Notes: generated by a model from the letters alone, not told the origin. Positions 26,191 to 41,686 are shown, counted from the stretch's first letter. The stretch: 64,000 bases of DNA from Mobula hypostoma (GCF_963921235.1 NC_086097.1:180360001-180424000), one strand, 5' to 3'. Numbers and translations are program-made.

Positions 26191-26949
26191 ATAACCGCAC
26201 CCTACAACCATAGGGTATCAATAAAATGCTCTTCAGCTTCTAACCAAAAGATTTTAAAAATTGCCAGTCAGCAAGGGAATTTAATTTCAAATAATTAATT
26301 CTGTAGTAAAAATCGAGTCTTGGGAACTGAACCATGAAGCTAACTGATTGTCATTAATAATCCACCTTGTTACTAATATCTGTTAGGACAGGATGATGCA
26401 AGGCATATCTTATGATTATTAACTGTTTCTTCAGTTCAGAGTAATTAGGGATGAGCATTTGCAAGTGATGCTCATATCCTGTGAATAAATAAAACTGAGC
26501 ATTTCCTCTCGCAACATCAGTACTAAATAGTATAGAACACACAGGAACAGGGCCTTTGGCCCACAATGTCTGTGTTGACCACAAGGCCAAATTAAACTCA
26601 TCCCATCTTGCCTGCACATGATCCATGCCTCTCCATTCCCCACCCGTCTAAGTGTTTTTTAAAGGACACTATCATGTCAGCTTCCACCACCAACACTCCT
26701 GGAAGGATATTCCAGGCACCCACCAATTTGTGTGTGTGAAAGAAAGCTTCGCTTCCACACCATTACTGTCACACCTGGGGATCAGCACTGGTTCAATGAG
26801 GAGTGCAGAAGGGAGTGCTGAGCCTGCTGGAGCCCAAATGAAGGACATGGTGCATCATAAACAGCAAAGAACAGAATGTAACAGACAAAAATTTTCAAAG
26901 TAGTGAATGAGATCAACTTCTGTCACCCTGCCACTCTAGCGGTGAATCT

Positions 26950-28644
26950 GGTGAACAACGAAGGAAACTGCAGCAGCACTCTGATCTTTAAGGTGCATCT
27001 CAAAGGTGTGTGCCTTCAAGAACATATTGGACATAACCAAATCAAAAGCCATGGATGAACCAGGAGGTATACAATCTGCTGAGGGCTAGGTCTCTGACAT
27101 TTGAGGCAAGGATCCAGAACTATACAAGAAGTCCCTATTTGGCCTGTGGAAGGCTATTTTTTTAAAGCAATAAAGTTATTCTGATTGAAAGTAATTCTGA
27201 CAGAATCAGATGCACATCAGTTCTGGCAGAGTTTGCAGCCATAACTTCCTACAAGGCGAATCCTAACATCATAAATAGTTGTGATGCATGACTCCCAGAT
27301 GAACTCAATGATTTTTCTGCTTGCATTGAAAGGAAGAATAAAAGTACTCCTGTGCAAATCCCTGCAGCATCTGTTGACCCTGTGATATCTGTCTCAGGAG
27401 CCAACATCAAAACATATTTCAAGAAGATGGATTCTCACAAGGAGTCAGGCCCTGATGGTGTACCTGGTATGGCAATGAAAACCTGTGTCACATCTACTGT
27501 GATGAAATGTTTTGAGAAGTTGATCGTGGCCAGAGTCAACACCAGACTAAGCAAGAAACTGACCTTGCTGCAACTTGCCTACCAACACAATAGGTCTACA
27601 TCGGATACAATCTCACTGGCTCTCCACTCGGACTTGGACCAGCTGGACACCAGCGATACCTGTGTCAGGCTGCTGTTTATTGATTTCAGCTCAGCATTCA
27701 AAACCATAATACCCTCAGTACTATTCAACAAGCTTCAAAACCTGGGTCTCTGTACCTCCCTCTGCAACTGTATCCTGAATTCCTCATTGGGAGACCACAA
27801 TCAGTGTAGATCAGAATTAATATCTCCTCCTCGCTGACAATCAGCACTGGTGTTTAGCCCACTGCTCTACTCTCTCTACACCCATGACTGTATGGCTAGG
27901 CACAGCTCAAAATCCATCTATAAATTTGCTGATGACGCAGCTATTGTTGGCAGAATCTAAGATGGTGCCAAGGAGGAGCTTAGGAGTAAGATAGATTGGC
28001 TGGTTGAATGGTATTGTAACAGCAACCTTGCATCAGTAAAACCTAGGAATTGATTGTGGATTTCAGGAAGGGGAGGTCGAGGGAACCCTCACCAGTCCTC
28101 GTCAAGGGGGCAGCAGTGGAAAGGCTGACCAGTTTTATGTCCTGGGTGTCAACATCGTTGAAGATCTATCCTGGCCCCAACACGTTGATGCAGTTACAAA
28201 GAAGAAATGTTAGCGGCTTTATTTCATTAAGAGCTCAAGGAGATTTGGTATGTCACCAAAGATTCTAGCAAATTTCTGCCGATGCCCATGGAAAGCATTG
28301 TAACTGGTTGCATCATTGTCTGGTAAGGAAGGGCCACTGTGCAAGATCAGAAAAAGCTCCAGAGGGTTGCAAGCTCAGCTAGCTCCGTCACAGGCACGGA
28401 CCCCCAAGCTCCCTCCCCTAGCTTCAAGCACATCTTCAGAAGGCAGCATCTAATATTAAGGACCTCATTACCCAGGACATACCCTCTTCCCTTTGCCACC
28501 ATTAGGGAGCTTGAAGACAATGTTTTAAGAACAGCTTCTCTGCTCTGCCATCAGATTTCTGAATGGACAATGAACCAACCCATGAACACGATCTCAGGTA
28601 GTTTTGGCTCCCTTTTCGCATTGCTTATTTTATATATATTTATT

Positions 28645-28677
<33 letters not shown>

Positions 28678-28790
28678 TTATTTTTTTATATAGTTTTATT
28701 TTATGTATTGCACTGTACTGCTGCTGCTGCAAGCCAACAAATTTCACAATATACGTCAGTGATATTAAACCTGATTCTGATACTGATTCT
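26950..28790 (+). mobile_element. Rex1/Babar-type LINE ORF2 remnant to 3' tail
   Basis: SGPDGVPG, MKCFEKL, LFIDFSSAF, KFADD and IVDFRK; (CTGATT)n tail. Confidence 0.85.
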
Positions 28791-29359
28791 CAGTGAATTG
28801 ACAACCATATTTGGCCAGAAGTGTTGAGAGGATGCTTTATCTCCACTTCCTCTTGAGAGCTCCAATATCGCAGAAGTCATCTTTGGCCAATATGTTTCAG
28901 ACTATTTGATCTGCAGAAGTCTGTGAGAGCAGGGAAAGTGTGTGCAGGAAGTGTGTATGGGAAGTGAATGTATAGCATTATGCATGTGCAATGAGCTGTG
29001 TGTGTGTGTGTGTGTGTGTGTTAGTGCATGCAGTAGAATGTGAACCATGCATTCAAACTGGTGGCTTTGTCAAGTTCTACTTGGAGAACAAGGTGAAGCT
29101 GGAGTCTGAGGAATGGTGGCTCCACCTGATGCTGGGTCTTCAGGTTATGGAGAAAAGCGATGGAGGAAATATGGGAAGAGAGAGGGAGAGATGTACTTCC
29201 ATAGTTAAATTGAGCAGTGGCTTTATTGAAAATAGAATGGAAGGTGGAAAATTGTATTAGTATGAATGACAGTATTCAATAAACGAATCAATAAATGAGT
29301 GCCATGCGCAGATCAACCCCTGAGAGATACTTCATTGTTGATGGCCCCTCCTCTTGATC

Positions 29360-29415
29360 CTCATTGGCTGGTAATCCTACGGCGGGATAGAGATGGGTTG
29401 GGTACCATATAAAGG
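29360..29415 (+). promoter_or_regulatory. Putative core promoter of the intact actin gene
   Basis: Inverted CCAAT (ATTGG 29363-29367) and TATAAA 29408-29413 within CArG-like CCATATAAAG. The same layout is conserved at ~48575-48630 in the pseudogene. Confidence 0.7.
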
Positions 29416-29439
29416 AAGTAGGAATAAGCGGTAGTGTTG

Positions 29440-29489
29440 CAGAGTTCCTCCTTTGTAGTTGGAGTGGAGTTACTGCTCTGTGAGAGGCA
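29440..29489 (+). other. Putative non-coding exon 1 of actin (intron 29490-29681)
   Basis: It starts ~30 nt after the TATA. Donor GCA|GTGAGT at 29490; acceptor TTTTATTTCAG ends at 29681, 23 nt before the ATG. A 5'-UTR intron is typical of actin genes. Confidence 0.6.
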
Positions 29490-29701
29490 GTGAGTGTGAA
29501 TTAATGAGCATGTAACAGTTTTCGTTTAACCTTTGTGCAGGAAATTTTGTTCGTTTCTGTTTAGTTAGTTTATATTGGGAGTTTACAAAGGAAATGAGAC
29601 AAGGTGTAGTTTTCTGTGTGGTTTGGGGCTGTACTCGGTATACTTGTCTCCGTGATAATGGTTGTTTTACTTTTATTTCAGTCACTTTCCACCTTCTGTA
29701 A

Positions 29702-29878
<177 letters not shown>

Positions 29879-30592
29879 TGAACCATTCTCCTGAGCAGTT
29901 TGGACTGCAGTTTGTCTTTGAAGTCTGTGTCTATCAGTGTGTACTATTTTCTGTTTCCAGTTCCTTGTTGACTTCTCCCTGGCTTGTAGAAATTGTTCTT
30001 GGGGAGGGGGTTTGTCCTGTGGCTGGACATCGAGGAGGGGTCAAGTGGAACCTCCCTTCTCCACTAGAAGAAAGGTTCCACTTGACTGCTTGTAAATGTG
30101 TCCAACTACATCCTCTCTGTAACTGGAGCTCTGGGGTTGTTGTGGTGCCTCTGCTCCTATTGGAACTTCTAACTCTTCCTTTATCTGTTTGTTCCCAGTC
30201 CTGTCTACTCTTTGCTGTTTGGTGTCTTAACTCTCCTGCTTCTAAGGCATAAATCTGATTATATGGACAAAGAAATAGTTGAACTGTAATTGCTTCAAGA
30301 CCAAGTTATACTAAGACCACTTAAATTTTACAGGAAAACAATTATTAACTGTTAATATTTTTTGACTTGCTCTTGCTAGCAACTCGCTACATTAAATCAT
30401 GAAATTTGTGGCTTGAACTTAGAAGTATGAGTTGTACTGACTAGGCTTGCAATCTGATGCTTATAATCTTGAGTTCTGAAATTTGGATTCTTCTACAATA
30501 GTTGGTTCTGTGCGGCTGCAGCCCATGTGCTGAATTTCCTCCTTTTGGTTTCACTGAATCTTTTAGTGTACAGGCCCCTTGATTCTCAATTA

Positions 30593-30636
30593 AGCCAATC
30601 AGAGAGTGAAGAAACAGTTATTTCCATATATGGAAT
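30593..30636 (+). promoter_or_regulatory. Intronic CCAAT box plus perfect CArG (SRF) box
   Basis: AGCCAATCAG (CCAAT 30595-30599) and CCATATATGG 30624-30633. Confidence 0.65.
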
Positions 30637-31871
30637 AGTTCTGCCGACTTGCCTGGTGGTTTTCTTGCATTTCCTTTATCTCGTGCTGACTTGCAAGTTG
30701 CTATCTTGCCTTGACTGTCTTCCTTTGTCTCGAGCAGCAGACTTCAGTCTGTGACTACAGCCATGCTGCTGCCCATGGTTACACAAGACCCAGAACATCA
30801 ACGATGAGATCTTAAAAGAATTTATATGTATAAATATATATATTTTTAAATATATATATATATAAATAATATATATATAATTTTGAGAGCATTTCTCCAG
30901 CAGTAGACTCACTGGAACAGCTGCTCCATTGTGCACTTACCTGGGCTCAATTTAGTCACATTTTGTGACTAAAATCTGAATGACACTTAACACTAGACAT
31001 TTCCCTTTTTAGTCAGTTATGTGGTTTCATTTAATTCTCACAGTAAACTGCTCATGTAAATTTTCGGCTTTTTTCCATCTTGTGGAGGTCCACTTGCAGC
31101 CACACTCTGACTGCAGTTTTCTTCCCATTTACTTGCCTTAGGTTGTGACACAACATTTGATCTTATTAAAACTGCCTGCAGCTTCTTTACAGAGTTCCAA
31201 GATTTTATAATATTTTCTATCATTGTCCCCTACAGGGCTTGGCCCCAGTTTGGATTGATACTCCATTTATTTTCTGAAGTTCTTTCATCTCTCCTCCCCT
31301 CACATTTTCTCAGCCAATGTTCGTATGTCCCAAGGATCTGAAGTTCGAATTCCCTAGATTTCCGACAATGTTTGCAGCTTTTATCACTTTGCACTGTAAT
31401 GTAGCAGTTGGTGCTGCTGCCCTGATGACTCTGAGGACCTGGCTTTGAATCTAACCAGCTTTTGAGTTTGCACAATCTTCCTGTGACCCAAATAGATTTT
31501 CTTGTGCTCTCTGCTTTCGTCCCAAACCCAAAGGCATTTTAAAGGGAAAATTACAGTAGCTAATTCCACTTAGTGGAGCCAATTAACCAAAAAAATTCCA
31601 GTGCTAATTGATGGGCATGTGCAGGAGAATGAGTGATGGGATTGACCACTGGAAGCTAGCATGGATCAAATGGTCTTGTCGTTTTATCAGGGCTTTCTTT
31701 GTTCTAGTGTGACTTTTTTGCAGATTGGAGTGTAGAAAATGTGATGCTGTTAATTAAGAAAGGAGGAAGAGAAAATGGGGAACTACTGAGCTGTTTGCCT
31801 GATCTCAGTCATTTGAGCGAAGGGAGGGAGGAAGGGTGGAAATGCTAAGATCTATAATAAGAACGTAATAG

Positions 31872-32700
31872 ACCACAAGACATAGGAGCAGAATTTGGCC
31901 ATTCAACCCACCATGTCTGCTCTGCCATTCAATCATGCCTAAATTATTTTACCCCACTTTCTTTATAATCCTTAATCCCCTTGCCGATCAAGAATTTATT
32001 AATCTTTGCCTTAAATACACCCAATGACTTGGCCTCCATAGCCATTCGTGACAATAAATTCCACAGATTCAACACCCTCTGGTTGAAGAAATTCTCCCAT
32101 CTCAGTTTTAAAGGGACATTCCTTTATTCTGAGGCTGTGTCCTTGGATGCTAGACTCTTACACTATTGGAAACAGCTTCTCCACGTCTATTCTACCCAGT
32201 CCTTTCATATGTGCTAGTTTTCAATTAGATCCTCCCTCATCCTTCTGAACTTCATCAAATACAGGCCCAGAGACATTGAATGCTCCTGTTTGCCTTTAAT
32301 TCCTGAGATCATTCACATAAACCTCTTCTAGACCTTCTATAGAACCAACTCATTCTTCCTTAGATATGGATCCCAAACTTGCTCACTATGTTCCATTTGT
32401 GGTCTGACCAATGCCTTAAACAGCTCCAGCAGTACAGCATCACTTTTATATTCTAATTCACTCAACATTACTTTTACCTTCTTGATTACCAGCTTAACCA
32501 GCAATTTAACCATGAGGGTATCCTGAATTATGACTCCCAAGCCCCTTTGCACCTCTGATTTCTGAATTCTCTCCTATTTGGAAAACAGTCTGCACCTATA
32601 TTCCTCTAACCAAAGTGCATAAGCTCACACTTTCCTATGCTGTATTCCAACTGTCATTTCTTTGCCCACTCTCCCAACCTACCCAAGTCCTTCTACAGAA
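31872..32700 (-). mobile_element. CR1 LINE 3' fragment (intronic)
   Basis: LFKALVRPQMEHSEQVW and a CR1 tail at ~31872. Confidence 0.8.
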
Positions 32701-33999
32701 TTCCTCCACTGAAATACTCCACCTTGGTATGGGTGCAATTATAATAATTAAAAGACAGGTACATAGATAGGAAAGGTTTCAAAGGATATGGGCCAAACCC
32801 AGGAAATTGGACTAGCTTAAGTGGATAACTGTGTCAGTGTGGATGAATTGGGTTGAAGGGTCAGTTTCTATGCTGTACACACAGTATTTAAGAGCAGAAG
32901 TAGGCATAGCCAGTGCATTTTGATTTTCAAAATGTTTTCAGTAAGATCCCACACAGGAGATGGTAAACAAGGTTCCCTTGAAGACTACAGCCCTACTCTC
33001 TTTCAATTCCTATATCCCACAGCTTGTTCTCTCCCATATGCCCATACACTTCCTTCTGATTCTTTTCCCTACATTGAGGGGTAATTTAGCATAGATAACC
33101 CAGCAACAGGTTGGGAATCCTCTGCGGTCACTGCAGTGGGGTGGGGGAAGATGAGGCATGTAAACGAGATACAGACAGCACTGCAGGTTGGGAATGAACT
33201 GGATGCCTGTAGCTATGAGGCAACAGTACTAACCACTGCAACAGACAGCTACCTATGCTGTATATGGAATTAGGGGTATTGGTGTGGATTTAATAAGTCA
33301 ATGAGTAAGAGTAAGCAGATCAGGCAACATCTGTTATAAATGAAGCAGAGTTAATGTTTCAGACACGGCCCTTTGTCAGAACTGAGAAAGAAAACACAAC
33401 ATGTTTTTTTCCAATCCTGACAAGGGATCTTGTTCTTGAAACATCAACTCTGGTTCTTTCTCGACAGATGCTGAGTACATCCTGGATGAAGGGTTTTGAC
33501 CTAAAACATCAACTGTTTATTCCCTTCCAACTGTTTATTCTACTGCCTGACTTACCGAGTTCCTCCAGCATTTTGTGTGTGTTACTACATCTAACTTTTT
33601 TGACTTTAGTTTGGATTTCAATCATCTGCAGCTATGACTTTCACTGATGATAGGAATAAACAGTGCTTCCTTGGATTGGCAGGTTGTGACTATTGTGATA
33701 CTGCAGAACTGGTACTTTGGTTCTGTCTGGTTTCAATTTTGTTTCAGCAACCATTTTCGTGTTTGTTGATAAGACAAACCAGAGTGTGGCAGCAAACTAT
33801 TTGCTGGAGGAACTCAGCATGTTAAGCAGGATTACTGGCAAAAGGAAAGTATTGTCCATGTTTGTGATGGAGACCCTGCATTAGGACTAGAGTAGAGAGG
33901 TGAGATGGCCAGTATAAAGAGAAAGGGATACAGAAAGAAAGGCCCAGAGTGATCCTAATTTTTTTTCCAGTGGCCCAGTCGAAACATGAGAGGAGGCTA

Positions 34000-36900
34000 C
34001 ACACAGATCGGGGAGAGAGATTTGAAAAGGAGCATTTGCGGGCTTTTGGCTTTTTCTGGCAGCTCAATCAAATTGTGATTCATTAGCAAGGGCAAATAAA
34101 AATAAGGTACGGACAAGCAGTCTGGCCATTGATGGGTGGACCAGTGTTAGAATGGGAAGGCTTTGGCTCAACAGGTTTGGGCAAGAACAGGCTTGGGTGA
34201 GCTAAGTTTCTTGTAAGCTTCTTCCTCATTCTTCATCAGTTAGTGCAGTGAGAATGGCACAAGGGGCTGTGTTGTGTTTTTTTTGTGTGAGATGTGGGAA
34301 TTCTGGAAGACCTCCAGCCTTCTGGATAACCACATCTGCACCAGGTGCACCAAGCTGCAGCTCCTCAGAGAACATATTAAGGAACTGGGGTTGCAGCTCG
34401 ATGGCCTTCGTCTCTTGTGGGAAAATGAGGAGGTGATAGATCAGAGCTACAGGAAGGTAGTCACCCTTAATTTGCAGGAGGCAGGCAGCTGGGTGACTGT
34501 CAGGAGAGGGAAAGGAAGTGGGAAGCCAGTGCAGAGGATGCATGTGGCCATTCTGCTCAATAATAAGTATACCATTTTGTTCACTGTTGGGGTGGGGGGA
34601 GGTTGACCTACCAGGGTGAGTTGCAGTGACTGGGTCTCTGGCACTGAGTCTGGCGCTGTGGCTCTGAAGAGAAGTGAGGAGAAGGGGACTACAGTAGTGA
34701 TCGGGAATTCCAATGCTGGAGGGGTAGACATGTGATTCTGTGGACATGAAAGAGGCATGGCATTTTAAAGGAGGAGGGTGAGAAGCCAGAATAGTGAGTA
34801 CATATTGGCATCAATGACATGGGTAAGGAAAGGGGGGACGTCCTGGAGAGAATTTTGGGAGTTAGATAGAAAACTGAAAAGCAGGACCTCCAGCATTGTA
34901 ATTTCTAGATTGCTACCAGTGGCATGTGCTAGTGAGGGTAAGAATAGGATGATTTGGCAGATGAATGCCTGGCTGAGAAACTTGTGTAGGAAGCAGAGCT
35001 TCAGATTTCTGAATCATTGGGATCTCTTATGGGAAAGGTAAGACCCATACAAAATCGATGGGCTACACCTGAATGCAAGGGGGGGGCCAATGTCCTTGCA
35101 GGCAAGTTTGCTAAGCTGTTGGGGAGGGCTTGAACTAATTCAGCAGGGGAATGGGAACCAGAGTGAAGGACTAGAGATGACGCGGTTGGTATAAAACCAG
35201 ATGCAGTGTACCGTGAGACTGTGAGGAAGGACGGGCAGATGATAGGGGAAAATTCAGTCAGTGGGATGAGTTACAATGTAACATGGGGACAAAATCAAAC
35301 TGGGTGATTAATACAGGACTAAAGGTGTGAAACTTACATATAAATAGTATATGGAATAAGATAGCTGATCTTATAGTGCAGTTAGAGATTGGTGGGTATG
35401 ATGTTGTGGACATTGTTGAGTTGTGGTCGAAAGAGGATCATAGTTGGGAGCTTAGGAATAAACACTGTATTGAAAAGTCAGGCAGGTAGGCAGAATCAGT
35501 GGGGCTGCTCTATTAGAAAAAAGTTAAATTAAATCCTTAGTGAGAGGTTACATAGCATCAGAAGATACAGAATCCTTGTGGGTAGAGTTAAAAAACTGCA
35601 AGGGTAAAAAGACCCTGATGGGAGTTAGATACAGACTCCCAAACAGTAGCCAGGATGTAAGGTACAAATTACAAAGGGAGGGAGAAAAGACATTTAAAAA
35701 GGGCAATGTTACAATAGTAAGGTAGATAGGGAAAATCAGGTTGGTGCTGGATCCCAAGAGAGAATTGGTAAAATGCTATGAGATTACATTTTTAGATTAG
35801 CTTGTGGTTGAACCCACTAGGAGAAAGGCCATTCTGGATTGAGTGTTGTGCAATGCACTGGATTTGATTTGTGAACTAAAGGTAAAGGAACCCTTAGGAG
35901 ATAATGATCATAATATGATAGACTTCACCCTGAAATTTAAGAGAGAGAAATTAAAGTCAGAAGTATCCATATTACAATTGAAAAAAATGGAGTTATAGAG
36001 GCATGAGAAAGGAGCAGGTCAAAGGCTAGCAGGCATGATTGCTGGAGTTTCTGGCAGTGATGCAGAAGGCGCAGGATAGACACATCCCAAAGGAGAAGAA
36101 TTCTAAAGGCAGGATGAAGTAATCGTGGCTGACAAGAGAAGTTAAAAACAACATAAAAGCAAAAGAGAGGGCATACAATAGAGCAAAAATTAGTGGAAAG
36201 TTAGGAGGATTGGGAAGCTTTTAAAAGCCAACAGGTGGCAACTAAAAAAGCTAAAAGGAAGGAAAAGATGAAGTATGAAAGTAAGATGGCTAATCACACC
36301 AAGGAGGATCCCAAAGGTTTTTTCAGATAAATAAAGAGAAAAAGAGGTGAGAATAGATAATGGGCCACTGGAAAATGATGCTAGAGAGGTAGTAATGGGA
36401 GACAAGGAAATGGCAGAAGAACTAAATAAGTATTTTGCATTAGTCTTCACTGTCTTGTGGAAAACACAAGCAGGATGCCAGAAGTTTGAGAATGGCAAGG
36501 GGCAGAAGTGAGCGCAACTACTAGGGAGAAGGTGCCTGGGAAGCTGAAAGGTCTGAAGGTACAGATAGACTACACTCCAGGGTTCTGAAAGAGGTAGTTG
36601 CAGAGATTGTGGAGGTATCAGTCGTGATATTTCCAGAATCTCTAGAATCTGGCATGGTTCCAAAGGACTGGAAAATTGCAAATGTCACTCCACTCCTCAA
36701 GAAGAGAGATAGGCAGAAGGAATAAATTATGGGCCACTTAGCCTGAATTGAGTGGTTGGGAAGATGCTGGAGTTGATTGCTAAGGGTGATGTCTCAGGGT
36801 ACTTGGAGGCACATGATAAAATAGGCCAAAATCAGTATAGTTTTTTTAAGGGAAAGTCTTAGCTGAAAAGTCTGTTAAAATTTTTTGAGAAAATAACAAG

Positions 36901-38052
36901 CAAGATAGACAAAGGAGAATTGGTGGATGTTGTGTACTTGGGCTTTCAGAAGGCCTTTGATGAGGTGCCCCACATGAGGCTGCTTAACAAAGTAAGAGCC
37001 CATGGTATTATAGGAAAGAACTAACATAGATAGAGTATTGGCTGTTTGGCAGGAGGCAGAGTAGAAATAAAGGGAGCCTTTTCTGGTAGGTTGCCAGTGA
37101 CTTGTGGTGTTCCGCAAGGGTTGGTGTTAGGACAGCTTCTTTTTACGTTAAATGTCAGTAATTTTGGATGATGAAATTAATGGCTTTGTGGCCAAGTTTG
37201 TAAACAATATGAAGGTAGGTGGAGGAACAGGTAGTGTTGGGGAAGCAAAGAGGCTGCAGAAGGACAGATTAGGACAATGGGCAAAGAAGTGTCGGGAAGT
37301 GTATGGTCATGCACATTGGCAGAAGAAATAAAAGTAAAGACTATTTTCTAAATGGAGAGAAAATTCAAAAATCTGCAGTGCTAAGGGACTTGGGAGTCCT
37401 TGGGTAGGATTCCCTAAAGGTTAATTTGCAGGTTGAGTCGGTGGTGAGGAAAGAGAATGCGATATCATTCATTTCGAGAAGACTCGAAAAGGTTATAATG
37501 CTGAGGTGTTATAAGGCACTGATGAGGCCTCATGGAGTATTGTGACCGGTTTCGGGCCTTTTAGCTAAGAAGGGATGTGCAGACATTGGAGAGGGTCCAG
37601 AGGAGGCTCACGAGAATGAGTCCGGGAATGGAAGGGTTATCATATGAGGAGCCTTTGATGGCTCTAGGCCTGTACTCACTGGATTTTAGAAGACCTGTAC
37701 TCACTGGATTTTAGAAGAATAAGAGGGGATCTCATTGAAACCTATCAAATTTTGAAAGGGCCAGATTGAATGGATGTGGAGAGGGTGTTTCATATAGTGG
37801 AAGGGTCTAGGACCAGAGGGCACTGCCTCAGAATAGAGGATGTCCAGTTTGAACAGAGATGAGGAGGAATTTCTTTAGCCAAATGGTGGTGAATCTGTGG
37901 AATTCATTGCCAAAGGTGGCTATGGAAGCCATGTCATTGAGTGTATTTAAGGCAGAGCTTGAGAGGGACAATGGATTTGCCATGATGAAATAGTGGAGCC
38001 AACTCAGTGGGTTGAATGGCCTGATTCTACTCCTATCTCTTATTGTCTTATG
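34000..38052 (+). mobile_element. Near full-length decayed CR1 LINE in the actin intron
   Basis: ORF1 zinc-finger (CEMWE...ICTRCTKLQLL), esterase remnants, endonuclease (ESLWVELKNCKG), RT remnants and a CTCCTATCTCTTATTGTCTTATG tail. There is an internal 25-bp duplication at 37669-37718. Confidence 0.88.
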
Positions 38053-39526
38053 AATTATGGAAAGGATTCAGGCAATTGGTGAGCTGAGGAGGGGTGTAAG
38101 ATGACAGAACAGTGGTGGAGATGAGCAGAAGTGGAGTTCGAACCTTGAGTGGATGGAGAGTGTGAATGCAAAGAGGTTTCATGGTAATATAGACAACTAA
38201 TGAGTGGGGAACACAGCAGATAGAGTAGTGTTGGAGGAGGAGAGGCAGGTGAATGAGGTGCTGAACATATTTTTAAAGTAGTGTGAAATTGTGAAATGTT
38301 GATGTTCAAAATGATAGGGGTGTCCTTGTATAGTCACTGAAAGCTCACCCACACAGTTTACAGGTAATTGAGAAATGCAGCGAGTGTGCTGCCTTCATTT
38401 CAAGAAAAAGTGGGGGATGGATGTGATCAGAAACCACACCTTGTGTACTGTGTACAATTTCCACCTTGCATAAAAATAACTTGCCTAGATTGGGTCATAG
38501 AGTCATGGAGCAATACAGTGCAGATACAGACCCTTCAGCCCAACCAGTTGATACCAACCATGATCCTTCTCTGCTAATCCCAATTCACTGCGTAAAAACC
38601 TACCCTCCATGGAACAGGTCCTGGGTTTCTCCTCCTGTCATACTAAGAGATATTTAGTAGCTTACTCTTCTGTTGAAAAAAATGAACAGGGATCCCAATG
38701 AGAAATACAAAATGCTTAATGATCTAATCCCACTATTCATGTTTGTAATTTTGTTTCAGTGAGTCTGCATTGCCAAGCCTTTTGCACAATGGAACACAAA
38801 ATGTCCATTGGATATTGATTAAGGTCTTAGGATGCTCATTGTTCCATTAGCCTTCTAGTGTATATGGAAGCTCAATGTTTCCTCATCCTAATTATTAATC
38901 TTCCTTTATAGAGCTACTTTGCTGCTCTGGGTCATTAGTGCTGCTGATGTCAATCACGTGGCACAGAAAAGAGCCCTTTTGGTCCAATGGCTCTGTGCTC
39001 AATATCAAGCACTCAATTGGCATACTCCATTTATGTAGTCATCACATATTACCTCTGGAAATGTGCCAGTGTGGGTGGATCCAACTTTGATAGTGATTAG
39101 CTTTCATCCATGCCTCATGTTGCAACAGTATCTCTACATTCCAGGGATTTTGAATGCAATGCCTCATGCTCTATTACGTTTGATGTAAACCGAAGGGACT
39201 TGGACATCATTTTGCTTCCCTCCCAATGAAAATCATATAGAAAAAGGGATAAATTCCTTACACGGTTGAATTCAACAAGGCAATTGTCAGATCACCCTCC
39301 AATCCCAGATCTGGTGCAGGGAAAGCAACAGCATTGTATTGAGGATAAATCATGATCATATTGAATGACAGACGTGGTATGAAAGGCTGAAGGGCCTACA
39401 TGTTTTTGTTTGTCTTGCTACAACAATACCATTAATATTGTCATAAACTTTTGTGGGAGATGAGACACAAGATCCTCTTGCTCTTAAGCAAATAGTTTTA
39501 TCCTTTGTCCATTTTCTCCACTCTAG

Positions 39527-40531
<1,005 letters not shown>

Positions 40532-40813
40532 TGGCATCATGTCATGTGTACTTGCTGTGACCATCAGCCTTGACCCACTTGCAGCTCTTGCCAATCCTGC
40601 CTTTGAATTATTGCACACATCATTACTGCCCTCCACCCCTTTTGCCATCGGTTACTGTGACTCCAAATTAGAACAATTGCCTGTCAAAATGTTTACAGCG
40701 TCCCTCCCATTATGGGTTTGAATAGGCACTGTTGGTTGAGCTATCAATGTCTGTTGGTACTTGCATTTGACGTCTACTTTGTACTTTGCATTGTCAAATT
40801 AACTAACATTTTG

Positions 40814-40819
40814 AATAAA
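40814..40819 (+). terminator. Polyadenylation signal of the actin gene
   Basis: AATAAA ~280 nt after the stop, followed by GT/T-rich sequence. Confidence 0.7.
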
Positions 40820-41686
40820 GTGCTTTACCAATAATTCTTCCTTGTGTAGTATTTGACCTTGATATTGTTAGTGGAAATAAGTTACACCTCTGTTTTACCT
40901 GTTCTCTAGAAGGGTAAGTCAGCCAGGGTCTGCACCACAGATCAAAGTGATGTCAACCTACTACTTCCCACATCCTAAAACTTTCACTACAGCTGTGGCC
41001 ACGTGGAGACCAGGAGAAAGAACAAGATCAGGGATGACAGGGATGTAAGATCAGTTGGCCATTGTCCCTGAAGATCATGGCATGCTGGATTCCTCTCCAG
41101 TACAAAGTGATCAGACATGCTGTCCTGTAGTGTAGAAATGCCTATAACTGATTCCTGGCAAACCCAATGAATTGGTGACCAGGAAGGAGACTGCTGAAAA
41201 CTAGTTCTGACTGTGCTCAGAATGGTCCTGGGTGAGGGTTGTGGCTTTTTTTGAATTGGAGCTTCATATTCCAGACCTCTATAACTTTCATATGGCTTCA
41301 ATCTGCCTGCCAGTGATCTAGTTCTGGTTTGATGTCTTTGAGTAAGATCCAGTAGTCTCAGGGCCCTAAGACAGAAGTGGATCTCTGACTGCCAGCCCCT
41401 GGGCCATTTTAACTTGATTTCAGTTTCCTTCAAAATGAACTTGATGCTAATGTAATGGTCTACTTCATTATTTATTATGACAACTGGTTTTTGAGGTAAG
41501 ATACTATCAGTCTATGTTCCCCAGCCTTCCCCAGATTTCTGCAGATCACTCTTTTAACTGAAGGGATGGGAGTGGGTCAAAGGTGCAAAAGTGAAATAAT
41601 TAGATAGATTTGCTATCTGGAAGATGTCGCCCAAGGAATCATTATTTGCTGGTGCCACCTTGACCAGAAGTTTGTTTTTTGTTATA

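Noticed and set aside
28339..28827. Hydrophobic membrane-protein-like ORF
   Set aside because: It is read-through of a Rex-type LINE 3' end, T-rich UTR and (GT)n.
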